A stretch of DNA of 63,944 nucleotides, filler included, from Basidiobolus ranarum (taxonomy: Eukaryota): the NCBI GenBank assembly GCA_040143965.1. It is 3 parts of 3 records of this genome, joined end to end, with 100 filler letters (N's around TTAATTAATTAA, not from the genome) between each part and the next. Parts side by side here need not be neighbours in the genome. Positions count along the whole stretch, not along the records: positions 22,202 to 44,278 come from JASJQH010000193.1; 2 more parts are not named here. One strand, 5' to 3'. A program made the position numbers and the translations under genes. Shown one piece after another: positions 27,479-39,923 of this stretch; position 1 is the stretch's first letter; each line of letters starts with the position of its first letter. The notes below the pieces were generated by a model, which worked only from the letters and a program-made list of their open reading frames with translations, searched no databases and was not told the DNA's origin.

Positions 27479-28312
27479 TACTTGGTCATAAAGCCGACAT
27501 ATAAGAATCGCTGGCGATCTTCGTCCATAGTACTTGTCTCATTTCTTTGGAGGATATTATACCAATTGTACAAATCTTCAATCCTCACAATTCTCTGCGC
27601 ACTATCGGTGATTTCAGCATTTAACGAGAATATGTATCGAATAAACCTTCTTTCATTACAATCTAAACCACAAGAAATTACAAACTATCCATGGTTTTAG
27701 GCTTGTGGGAAATCTTTTTCATCAGGTGATGGTCTAGATCTCAGGCCTGGTGATAAGTTGCTCTATTTGAGACCTATAGAACTTTGCGGTGTCATCATCA
27801 TTACTTTGGTGAGTAGGTAAACCCCAACTATGATGTTTCTACTCTCTCGTGCATGTGCGAAAGCTCCAACGTAGATGACAAGACTTGATAAAGAAGAGTT
27901 TGTTTCGAATCACCAAGTTACGGTTTCAATTTATATTGTAAAATTGAGGGGACCATTGTGTGGCTTTAATACCATCACTATAGGTCAACTTAAAATCGTC
28001 ACTGGTGGCTTAGAATTGAGAGATATATATAATTTGAATCCTTTGAATATTTTAAGTAGTGAAAAAAAAATTCTCGACAGTCCATTGGACATGTTGGAGC
28101 CTTTTTCTATGATGCATCCACTACTAGTTCAATGTCTCAAGTGTCCACATAACGATGCGCTCAATATTCATGATTACTCACGTGTCTAGGTTAGGTAGGC
28201 TTACATCACCGCATTCAGTCTTATTTGTATTCTTTATATAAAGAGAGGATGGTTGGCATTTTCTTGGTGAAATAAACAGCTATATCTAATCTATATTTAT
28301 ATATTTCTTGGT

Positions 28313-28978
28313 ATGTCTGTCACTAACGTAATCGAATCTCGTATCATCAAAGCCCCCGTCGAAACAGTATGGGACCTTGTTAAAGGTTGCGAATTCAAAT
28401 TTTGGAGTATTGTTCAAGATGTCAAGATAGACAATGGCAATGCTGCTGAAGGTAAGCTTTCTGTAGATCATCAGTCAGGATTTGAACATTACTTGACACT
28501 TATTCTTTAGTTGGCTCCACGCGTAAAGTTACCTTTAAGGTTGGTCTTCAGCATACGATGTTTATCTTGAATTCATTTACTCATATTGAGATAGGATGGA
28601 ACGGTTACTCTTTACAAAATCAGTGAAAGATCAGGTATTTATGTGATATAATAATATCTTATTAATGAACTTGACTAATCAATATCTGAAGATATTCGCC
28701 ACTCTGTAACTTACGAAGCGATTGAATCGGATCCTCCTATGAGTGTTCTATCGGCTATGCATACTATCAGGCTTTCTCGCGTAACTCACGTAAGTAATAC
28801 TCTCATTGTTTATTCATACTGCCCTATCATAACTAGTCGTACCATTCCATAGGATAACAGCACTTTCGTAGAGTGGATCAGTGACTACAGCTCTGATGGT
28901 GGCCAAGCTGTCATTGAAGATAGTCGTTATAAAAAGCAGGACGGATTGGAGGATCTTAGCAAAGCAGCCACCAAATAA
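28313..28978 (+). CDS. Bet v1-like/SRPBCC (polyketide cyclase-like) protein, 5 exons
   Basis: ESRIIKAPVETVWDLV, VGSTRKVTFKDG, HTIRLSRVTHDNSTFVEWISDYSSD; TATATAAA upstream. Confidence 0.88.
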
Positions 28979-29115
28979 CCAGTGAGTTAATATTGGTCCG
29001 AATATGTTTAAGGGGCAAATTCAACATAAATCGTAATGTTTGAAATAAAAAAGATTTCTTGACTTTTATTAATATTACAGAGGATTACAGGGTTTTCGAA
29101 TTATCTTGGAAGGAT

Positions 29116-30173
29116 TTAAATGAATGCTCCAAACCCAAATGTAGTTTTGATAGGGTTCCAATAATACTGTTTCCAGTTACCACGAGTGATATCTTCTTGA
29201 CCAAGTGGCACTCCTTCTTGAACAAGTTGAAGTTTGACGCCATCAGATCCTTGGTCTAATTCTATAGTAACCTTGGAGTAGTGGTCTTCTGGCCAAGTCT
29301 TAGAACGCCATTTCATGACGATTCTCTTATCTTGAACTGCCTCAATAATCTGACCACTGATATTACCACCAAAGAGCTCGAATTGACTATTAATTTCTTT
29401 GGAAATCTTGGCTGATCCACGTGTCCATACAGATACTCGATTTTGATCAAGTAGAGTTTCATAAATATCATGTGCACTGGCAACAAATTCTATGGTATCT
29501 TTCATCGTAGTAGTGTTGACCTTGTGTGGTTTATTGACGGCGGATTTATTTTCTGTGGCTGAGTTGCTCAAAGAAGCCTTCACTGGGGCCTCGGTAACTG
29601 CAGGGGCAACTGGGGCAGGAGAAGAGGTTCTTAATTCGGCTGCCTCGATATAGACATCTTTAGCATGAGCTATAAGTACAAAAAAAGATTAATTAGAGTG
29701 AACTAAGGATAACAGTTAAAATTTAGAAGCATACCTTCAATGAGATCATGGGTGAAGAGGGCGAGTTTTTTACGAATAACTTGGGTTAGCTTCAAACGAA
29801 CCACTTCTTTGATAACACGTTTCTCACGAGTTTCTTCGTCGATAGAGACTTCAAAAACATAATCGTCAAGCTCAGAATCGTGGGCCACCTCTGGAATAAG
29901 GATTTTTCCCTTGGCTTCGGTACCATCTTCAGAAGTACCTGACCAGTCTAAAGTAAGGGAAAGGTCATATAAGGTAATGATCTTCCCCTTACGTTGGTTC
30001 AAATCCACATCACCAGTGACCTTAGATACTGCGGTGGTTTTAACGGTGATACCATTCTCTTGGGCTTCAAGATCCTTCAGTTCTCTGGTAAAGTACTCCT
30101 TGGCCCAAGGAGCACAGTTCTTTTCAGTCCAGTGCCAGTTGTTTACGTTTTTCCAGTTAGCCATAGTAGTCAT
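29116..30173 (-). CDS. AHA1: Hsp90 co-chaperone Aha1, 2 exons
   Basis: NWKNVNNWHWTEKN, NQRKGK, C-terminal AHSA1 domain ending YYWNPIKTTFGFG. Confidence 0.96.
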
Positions 30174-30650
30174 TTTGAATGAGTCAGGTATATATAAAAA
30201 GTCTAGATAAAATAGGTATTCAAGGAGAAAGTGAAGGGGAGAGGAACCAACGATATTTAACAAAAACCAATCCTCAGTAAACGAAAGCAAGTGGGGAGGA
30301 ATGAGCAGTTATTATGTGTCAATTCGGTACTTCCTAAAATCATTCTGTCACCATTGAAGTTTAAAAAAAATTGATCACGTCCAATCAGTAGCAAGTATAC
30401 CTTCCAGTAAACGCAAATCCAAGTCCCTAATTCTCGAATCTTCTACTACCATCAACAAGTAACGCTAAGCGCCATCATGAATCATATCACATCTTGCTTC
30501 ACGAATTCCTTTGGATAATTCCAGAAACTTCTCACAAAACCCATCAAATCGATAGCCCTAAGTGCATAAATCAATGCTAAACTAATCGAGATTTAACAAC
30601 TTTAATCAATAATGGGAAACAAGCCAGTCTCAATGCAGACCCAGACCTAG

Positions 30651-30669
30651 ACCCTAACCCTAACCCTAA
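30651..30669 (+). repeat. Interstitial telomere-like (CCCTAA)3
   Basis: accctaaccctaaccctaa in the AHA1/SEC14 divergent intergenic region. Confidence 0.8.
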
Positions 30670-31166
30670 ACAATGAACATTATCACCATGACATGACCCT
30701 GGATCGTACTATGTCATCAGCAAAATAGCAAAATAGCCCCGTGGGATGCACGATGCCAATGTCCGAAGGAAGGGATTCTGTTATCTCCTGTCGGGGCTAG
30801 GGCTGGATGTCGATAATTCTTCAGTTGTTACGGGGAAACTACGCGCCATTCTTTCAGAAATAATCACGGGTAAAATAAAAAGTGGCATAAGCATAACCCA
30901 GTTTTGGTCAAGTGCTACATCATAAAAAGCCAAGCATCGACGTGTATTTGAAGGGGTTGATTTAATGGTGACGCAAATTGTATTGATTGGACAGAAATGA
31001 GCCTCGGACATAGAATGCCAATAAAATTGAATATTTGTACCAGCCTACTACAATGAAAAGAAATTGATCCAACCTTTTGTGATTCTTTATCGGTGATCAT
31101 TCCATCCTTTATATTGTATCTGTCTTCCCTTACCCTTTAATCAGTTGGTCTTTTCTTTTGATTGAT

Positions 31167-31997
31167 ATGTCTTCTGCAACCACAGGTAGAGTTGGTAGTT
31201 TAACCCCTGAACAAGAGACCACTTTGGCTCAATTCAAAAAAGAGATCACGGAGGAGGGATTTTTCGTTCCTGAACGTCACGATGACTACTGCTTACTTCG
31301 TTTTTTGAGAGCCAGAAAGTTTGACATCGCTGCTAGCAAAAAAATGTTCATCGATTGTGAGAACTGGCGTGTAGAGTTTCAAGTAGATGACTTGGTTAAG
31401 AACTTTGAATTCACTGAAGGTCCAGAGGTCCAAGCAGTCTACCCTCGTTTCTACCACAAAACTGATAAAGACGGTCGCCCCGTTTATATCGAGAAAGTAG
31501 GTCAATTGGATTTAAAAAAGCTATTCGCTATCACTGATGAAGAACGTCTCACCAAAAACCACGTCGTTAGTTACGAAATCTTATTGAACCAACGTTTCCC
31601 TGCCTGTTCTGCTCAAGCTGGTCATCACATAGAGACTAGTTGTACCATTATTGACTTGAAGGGTGTATCTTTATTATCATTCCCTCAAGTAGCTGGTATG
31701 ATTAAGCGTACCTCCACAATAGCTCAAAACTACTATCCAGAAATTCTTGGTCGTATGTTTATCATTAATGCCCCTATGTTGTTCTCTTCTGTATGGAGAC
31801 TTATTACTCCCTTCTTGGACGAAGTTACCGTTAGCAAAATCTTCATTCTTGGTTCAGGATATAAGAGCAAGCTTCTTGAATACATTGACGCTGAAAACCT
31901 TCCAGCTTTCTTAAACGGACAATGCAAGTGTGAAGGTGGCTGTGAACTCAGTGACGCCGGACCATGGAAGACTGGTCAGGAGAAGTTAAAAGCTTAG
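31167..31997 (+). CDS. SEC14: Sec14 phosphatidylinositol transfer protein
   Basis: LLRFLRARKFD, YHKTDKDGRPVYIE, QNYYPEILGRMFIINAP, SDAGPW. Confidence 0.96.
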   Translation: MSSATTGRVGSLTPEQETTLAQFKKEITEEGFFVPERHDDYCLLRFLRARKFDIAASKKMFIDCENWRVEFQVDDLVKNFEFTEGPEVQAVYPRFYHKTDKDGRPVYIEKVGQLDLKKLFAITDEERLTKNHVVSYEILLNQRFPACSAQAGHHIETSCTIIDLKGVSLLSFPQVAGMIKRTSTIAQNYYPEILGRMFIINAPMLFSSVWRLITPFLDEVTVSKIFILGSGYKSKLLEYIDAENLPAFLNGQCKCEGGCELSDAGPWKTGQEKLKA

Positions 31998-32645
31998 ACA
32001 ACTCAAGTTTCCTCATATTACTGTTTGAATGTTGTACTCCACCACTTTCTAACTCTTACCTTCTACATCCTTATTTTACCTTCCCTTTCCTTTCCTTCCC
32101 TTCCTCACGAATGTGAACACAGCATTCATGCATACGTTAAAGAGATTCTTTACTATTACCAATACAAATCTAGTTATTACCATATTGTTATTTAACCAGT
32201 TGGGATGTTTTGTCTTTTGAGTATTAAATAGTCATTTAATTCTATTCTTTAAGAAATCTTGATTAACTAGTTGCTTAAACGAATAAGGGTACTGTCATTG
32301 AAATAGACTAGTCTAACGAATAGGAGAGCACCAGAGGGGCTGTTAAACAGAGAGGAGATTAGTATAATAATAGGAGAACATTTATTGGACAAATGACAAT
32401 GATGTACCAGTAATTACCATGACCAAAGTAGGCCAAGCAGAAGTAATCATCGTAAAGGAGGATAAGGGGGGATGGTTATTTTGATTGGTTATAATATACT
32501 TAATTTAGTAAATTACAAGGTGATACTTCGTGAGAAATAGGATAATTTAATATGCAGGATCATTTTAAGGACTTGATGAATTTTAAACACTTCAAGTGTC
32601 TTCTTAGTCTTAACTTATCTCTATCGTATTGACCCAACTTCTAAT

Positions 32646-34161
32646 ATGACTACTGTGGAAAGAAAAGAGGTCAGTGAAAGTAACCACCATATTCCAGATA
32701 CTTTACTAACTGAAGCGTTTAGACTGGCCTTAGTGGTTATGTAGGTTTCGAAACCATCACGGAACAGATTGAGAAAAAGTTTCTCAAAAGAGGTTTTCAG
32801 TTGAATATCATGGTAGTTGGTAAGTATCTTTTAGTCATCCACTTAACGAAAGTGTTCCAACTTTTCAATATTTGAGTACTTATGATGTTGCTGTGTAGGT
32901 GAGACCGGTTTAGGCAAGTCTACTCTCATAAACACTCTCTTCTCTGCCCACCTTGTGGATAGCAAAGGGCGTCGTTTGGTTTCTGAACCCATTCACAAAA
33001 CTTTGGATATCAATTCTGCTACACACAGTAAGACCTACTTCATGCTGGTGACAATTCGAGGGAGCTAATAGGATGTTTACTTATCTAGATATTACCGAGA
33101 ACGGGGTTAAGTTAAAGTTGACTATAGTAGACACCCCTGGGTTTGGAGATCAAGTAAACAATGATAATTGGTACATATTCCATGTTCATTGAAGTATACT
33201 CGAGTCTTGCTAACATGGGATTATACTCACTTAGTTGGGAAGGAATTATCAAATATCTCAAGGATCAACATGCCGCTTACTTAAGAAAGGAGCTCACAGC
33301 TTCTCGTAATCGATTCATTGATGATACCAGAGTTCATTGTTGTTTATTCTTTATCGCACCTACGGGGCACTCGTAAGTGATTTCATGATTGTGATTTGTT
33401 GAGAATTCCCTACCAATTCACCTGATTAACAAGATTGAATACAGTCTTAAGCCAATAGATATTTTGGTCCTTAAGAAGTTAACTGAAGTGGTCAATGTGG
33501 TTCCAGTGATCGCCAAGTCTGACTCTTTGACTCCCGAAGAACGTCAAGCCTTTAAACAAAGAGTAACATTGAATCGGTTCATGGATTATTGGATCATCGC
33601 TAATATTCTCTTTAGATCAAGGAAGAATTTGTCCATCACGACATCAAGCTCTACCCTTACGACAGCCCTGAAGACGAAGAGGAGGATATTGAACTGAACA
33701 AGAGTATCAGAGTAAGTAACGATATAGCGTAAACAATAACCCTTGTCAGCTACTCAATTGTTCCCATCTTAATAGGAGTTGATTCCATTCGCGGTCGTTG
33801 GTTCCGAAAAGGATGTTATAATTGATGAAAAGCCAGTCAGAGGTCGTCGTAACAGATGGGGAGTCATTAACGGTAAGTAGTTGACCAAAGTAGCCATCGT
33901 TGCCGTGCTAAACATACCCTTTTCCATGGATATAGTGGAAGATGAGAATCATTGCGAGTTCGTACATCTCCGAAACTTTTTGACCAGGTATGGTTGAACT
34001 CTTGTGAGGTCACGTGTTTCTTCTTGGTCACTCATTCCTTTTTATCTAGATCCCACCTTCAGGATTTGATTGAAACCACTGCATATATTCATTACGAAGG
34101 TTTCCGTGCTAGACAATTACTCGCATTGAGAGATGATGGTGAACAACCACAAGCAAATTAA
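32646..34161 (+). CDS. CDC10: Septin, Cdc10 type, multi-exon
   Basis: [63 protein letters not shown]; no C-terminal coiled coil. Confidence 0.93.
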
Positions 34162-34473
34162 GCCTTATCCTTACCAAATCCAATTCTCATTTTAATATCA
34201 CTTCTCTGGTGTGGGGATTGGCGTAGGTATTGAATGTCCTTCTTTTGTCTTATACCCTTCTCTTCCCCTTCCCCTGCTTCTACTTCCTCTCTCACTAGCT
34301 TTACATTTCACCTCAGAAAAATCCATTGATTTTCTGAAATTCTACCAATAATACCGAGGATATTAATCAACCAGAATATTTATATTTTAGTAGAATTTAA
34401 AATATATTCGACCAATTCCAATCCATTCCACCTAACCAAACCATACCATACCATACCATTCTTTATTTTCCAT

Positions 34474-35620
34474 ATGAATTCTATCCATCCCAGAGAAGCG
34501 AATAAATTCGAAAAAGAAGAAGAGCTACTTTTATGGTTACAATATGAAAGATATTTAAAGCAACAAATTCAAGATTTCGAGTGTGGTACTTCCGAAAGAG
34601 GTAAAACTCAGTTTTATATTCAAGAGAAGAGAATATTTCAAAGTTACTAAGTATGTGAATATTAAAGAAATTTCTCTTTATTTTCATAGAGAGTGAAGAA
34701 GTTTATTCGAAATATACTCAAGAAGAAGAATATGAAATATTGGAACGTATAGAACAACTTAAAGAGAAATTGGTTTCAACTAAAGTGAATAACTCCATTA
34801 AAGACAACCTATTGATAAAGTAAGTATGATATTGGTGGGTTTTTGAACTTGACAGTTAGGGTAAGAGGAGGATTAAATGTCTCGGCTTCTTTACCTTCCT
34901 TTTATTATGGTAAAAGTTCTATGGATTTATACATTGATTTATTTCAAAGTGTCGATCTGGCAGTGGGATTGAAAGAAGAATTAGAAAAACCCAATCGTTC
35001 GCAGAGGTATACACGAACCACTATATTATTAGGTAACTTATTTACTGATTGTTCTTAATTTCCTTAGTGAGTTACTTGAGCTCACTTCCACTCGGGATGA
35101 ATTAACTTTGGAGTATATGAATCTGGTGGAGGGATTAAAGAAAAGTAAACAAGAGCTTTTAAAAAGGCAACTTTCTAATCAGGGTAATTATATCTTGGTA
35201 ATAATTTCATATTACTTGGATATTAACGAGAGTTCCCTTAGAATTGTTGTCGGTAAATCAACGAATCATGAAAGAAATTATTCTCCTCTCGAAACAGTCA
35301 AACTCTGAACATGGTGAATCAAGGTTGGTGAAGTATGTGTAGAATGATGTGATAGTGACTGATGGAAGAACAAACAAATACTTGGATATTTATGTTGATA
35401 TTGTAAATAATTTAGGAACAAAGAAACCCTTCGAGATATTCAAGGAAAATATGAAATATCTAGGAACATATTACAGGTAATCTTCGATTCAGTCTACTGC
35501 AGTATTAGAGCAAGCTAACTGATTATACCTTTGCTCTAGAATATTATCCTTGAGAGTGGCGTTAACTGGTCCAAAGATGAGCATCTAAGGGATATCATGC
35601 TCCTGATCGGTGATGAATAA
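34474..35620 (+). CDS. CENP-H-like kinetochore protein, multi-exon
   Basis: Coiled-coil exons ending RNILQ|NIILESGVNWSKDEHLRDIMLLIG, resembling the CENP-H/Fta3 C-terminal SGVNW motif; internal exon boundaries approximate. Confidence 0.7.
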
Positions 35621-35743
35621 GTATCGGTTTGTATAGTAATAAAGAGTGGCCATTTATTTAGATGATCCATTGTTCTCGTCTTCACCTCTACCTACACTCA
35701 CTTGCATATGCTCATTTCAACGGAAGTGTACATCAAAATAACT

Positions 35744-36754
35744 TCAAAAGTGGGCGTCAGGTAAACCATTACGCTTGATAAACTCCACGCACTTGGCGAT
35801 GGTATTTGCGTCACTTGGTAGAGAATGCCTAGAGAGAGGACCAAAGTGTTAGATATCAAATATGACTACGATCTGAAGGTCACACTTACCCTCCTGGGTG
35901 GTTCAAGACTTGAGAGTTTACGAAACAATCAGCCAGTTGCTTGGTTCTTTCTATTACATAATATAATAAGCATTATCTAGTGTGAAAAGACGGGAAGGAA
36001 GTAAAGAGTCAATACTCTACCATGACGCATAATCTTATCTCTGTCTCCGATTAAATGAAGGGATGGTATGTCAAGTGAATTGGGTAAAGTTATCAAATCA
36101 GGGCATCTAGAAACGAACCCACCACAAGTGATAGCATAACGAAGTCTCACTTGGTTCAGTGGATTATTTTGAATATCCTTTACAATCAATGAAGTAAAGC
36201 AAGCCCCTAAAGATGTAAAGAATACCAAATGTTTGATTGTAAATACTTAGTTACTTCACTACTTTTTACTTGGAAGCCTCACCTTGTGAGAATCCCAAGA
36301 TACCATCGAAAGGTCCCTACAAAATCAATGTCACCATTTTGATCACATGATAGATCTTTTTAACTTGACTTACATTAGTTTCCAGTACTTTTCTAACTAG
36401 TTTCAACGAACTTTCGTAACCTTCATATTTAGCACCATCCCCAGTGGCTCTCCACCAAGCCCGTGCTTCACCTTTACAAACGACAAGTTAAACCTGGTAA
36501 AGGGGGGATATATTTCCTATGGAATTCCAAAGTTACCTTTATTTCTTGGGTCAGCTGAAGCTTCAATCTTATGAGGTGCGTCCAAAAATACTAAACATGA
36601 GAGAAAGTCAACTGAAATGAAGGAAGGTAGAATAGTGTTGAAGTGCTGTACCTAACTCAGCCAAAGGTTTAATCGCCTGTTGAAACACGCGAGAAGTTGC
36701 AGATAGGAACTCTCCGTTCTGGGTAAAACCGTGTAGACAGAGGATACGCTGCAT
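35744..36754 (-). CDS. FSH1: FSH1/OVCA2-family serine hydrolase, multi-exon
   Basis: RILCLHGFTQNG, FLDAPH, ARAWW, GPFDGILGFSQG, PSLHLIGDRD, HPGGH. Confidence 0.9.
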
Positions 36755-36939
36755 ACTATTCTATCCCAACGTTTGGTGAACTGAAAGCGAAAAATAGCAG
36801 CCATAGGATATATTTAGGGAGGGGTAATCAGTGATGTTTATTGATAAGTAATCCGAGGCAATCAGTGATGATTGATAAATAAGTAGTATTAGATTGATAA
36901 TTAATTCCAAATACGTAATAAGTAATATTAGATTGATAG

Positions 36940-37694
36940 TTAATTTCCCATTATATCCCCAAGAATAGAGCCAATAGTGCTACTAACGCCAGGAGGTGCA
37001 GTGATTGGACAATCGAAGCTCACGTTATTTTCTATTTCTGGCTTAATTCCTAACCAAGAGATCTGAGCGATGTCGAGAACTGCTTTATATTTCAATGGTA
37101 TGGGGGATTTCTGAGCAGCAGTGATTCCACAATGGCCCAGTAGACCAGCTAATGCAGCAGCGGAGCTCTTGTCTGTCTTGGGATTGTAGGTGAGGGTGAT
37201 GGGTAGTAGGAAGTCCACCTTTCCTTTAGCGGGGAAGTTGATCTTTTGAGTTAATGAGCCTTCACCCACTTGAACACTCTGACCATTTCCAATTTCATAG
37301 AATCCCTGTAGAATGAGTTAGTGACTGTGGAGGAGAATAAAAAGAAATCACTCTTTACCTTGGCAGTGATGTTGTCCATCTTGATACCTATCAAGTTGGG
37401 ATTATTAACGCTAAGCTTCAAAGATAACGGAATAACGATACCGCTGCTAGCATTGAGAATTAATTTCGTAATGTCCAAGTTACTCCCTGTCTCAACACCA
37501 TTGAATTGAATCGCTGGCATTCCACGTGGAATACAGAAATAAAGAGCAATGGCAAGTCCGATAAGTATCAACACCGTGATGATGGCGCATGTTATCTTGG
37601 ATCGACGCGTTCTGCAGCAGCAGCAACAGCGACGACGACGCTTCTCCACTTTTTCGTGGGTAATGTATTTTGTATCAGATACCTTTTGATCCAT
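36940..37694 (-). CDS. Single-pass membrane protein with LEA_2-like domain, 2 exons
   Basis: RRRRCCCCCR before a TM helix, FCIPR, LSVNNPNLIGI, later C...C pair. Confidence 0.8.
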
Positions 37695-38583
37695 ATTAAA
37701 GACAATTCAGAAGGGTATAGTTGAATGGTAAGCAGCAGATGTTGATGATGGCAATAATGTCCACAACTTACTGCTAATAAAGGGAAAGAAGATATCTGAC
37801 AATCCAATGAAATAAAGATTCCAAGAAAGATTTTCCGTCCATCGGACCGAAGATTCTTAAATATTAAAGAAACCGATTGAATTCTATTGGATGAATAAGG
37901 AGATTTGTTATACGGTGCGCGTAGCTAATAAAGTTAATTATTTATATTCATTCTACACATTTCTCACTAGCACTCACTCACATTCACCACTTACTTTTCG
38001 CCTCTCTTGCCTCACACATCGCCTTACACCAATTGTGATAATCATTTCATTCCTCACGGTACTGGTTTCATCGACGTTTAATCCAATCCTTCCCTAATAC
38101 AATCGGGTTTTTGAACACAGTCTGACATTGGTATGGAGTTTACCACATGTTTCTTGGGCGATGTTTCGCTTTCATCACGATGCATCATACTTGCTCGGAG
38201 AGTAGATTCTATTTGATACTGATATTGTATACTGTAGCAACACTCCAAACCTCAGCCTCAGCCTACATCACATTACATCACTTGTGCTATTGTTCAAAAG
38301 AATCTATTCATCGCCCACTGTAACGTAAAGGATATAGAAGTGATATACTGTGCAATAGCAATAGCTCCTTGTCAGACAAGCAAGATTTACATGTGAATGA
38401 AGAGGTACAAAGCTAAACCCAAACCCCAACTAGCTTGTAAATACACCCAGTAATATTGAACAGGGGATAGAGCTAGCCCTAAACATTCCAGATACACATT
38501 CCAGATACAACCAAGTGATGGGTAAATAGTTTATTTACAAGGGGAATTTCATTGAGATAGTACCAACACATAATGCACACACT

Positions 38584-39377
38584 TCATTCTATCTCGGAAA
38601 GTTTAGTAAAATCATAATAAAACATGATTGCATCTACTAGTTCATCAGGATTTCCTCTTAAACGACCTGCTTTTGGTATACGTCCGATTTCTTGAAATCC
38701 TAATGTACGCCAAAGCTTTATAGAAGCGATATTATTAACGAATACCAGATTAAACATAGATGCTTGATATCCTAATGCTGGGGCAACTTTTAAAAACGAT
38801 TTCGCCATAACACTACCAACTCCTTTGTTACGTGACACGGGATTCACGAAAAATCCACCGTTACAAATCTAGTAAAGTAAGAACCATAAGTTGAGTGGGT
38901 GTAAAAGAAAGAAAAGTGTGGTTTCTTTTTTTACAAAAGATGACTTACATGTGAACAACGACCAGGGAAATTAGGTTTAACGTAGAACATTCCCAATACT
39001 TTTTTCTTCCAATCCACTAAATCTTCTTCTTGTTCACATAAGCCAACCCCTTCATCTTCTTCGGCCAAGATTTCAATGAAACAATCATATCCTAGGAAGT
39101 AATTCATGAATCCCTGAATATCTAAACATTCTTCTTGTGGGTAGGTGTTTCCCTCTATAATTTCTTCATTGAAAAGTTCATGTAAATACCCCACTAAGCA
39201 TGGAAATTTCTCGGCCAATAATGTTTTTCCAGGTAATAGAATCCCTTCTGGATTACTGGTCAGATGGTATAGTGTAGATGCTGTACCATCTTTCAATGTA
39301 TGGAACATAGGTAGAAGAGCATCTAGTTTGCTAGTATCGGAGTTGGATCTGATGATGGCACCATAAGCAGAAGACAT
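38584..39377 (-). CDS. MPR1: Mpr1-like L-azetidine-2-carboxylate N-acetyltransferase, 2 exons
   Basis: EGNTYPQE, FYVKPNFPGRCSH|ICNGGF, LGYQASMFNLVF, GRIPKAGRL. Confidence 0.9.
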
Positions 39378-39923
39378 GCTAGCGAGTGGGGAAGAGTGAA
39401 TATTTGATCTCTGAATGATCGGCTACTTTATAGCTGTCTTGAGTGTGTGAAGTAATCCATCAAAAACCTCAAAATCCATATAAATCTATTCAGTGTTCAC
39501 GTGTCGAAAGAGCCCAATCCTTCTTCTCACGCGATATATATATATACATTCCGCAGCCTTTATTCGAATGATTTTAGGCTAGGTAAGATAAAATCTAGGC
39601 CCATTCATCTCCTTACTCTCAAAAACGGTTAGTTGATGTATCAAGAAAGCCCAAATAAAATGACCAAATTCATACACTGAAAACATGGTTAATTCCCTTT
39701 TAAGATTAACGAGATTATATATTAGTACTTGAATCCAATCTATTGTAAAATACACTTGAGCAAATATTGAGAGCGAGGCGGTGAATAACCAAGATGAAGA
39801 ATGAATTAATTGTCAATCATGAATTAATCGTCAATCGCTAATCGCTTTCGAGTAAGACCAACACTATAGAAAGGGTGAGCTTGGTCAAGGTAGAATTATA
39901 ATGTGCACAACAGCCCAAAGATA

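Noticed and set aside
28313-30173. Convergent SRPBCC gene and AHA1 sharing a fold
   Set aside because: No visible sequence similarity; adjacency is likely chance.
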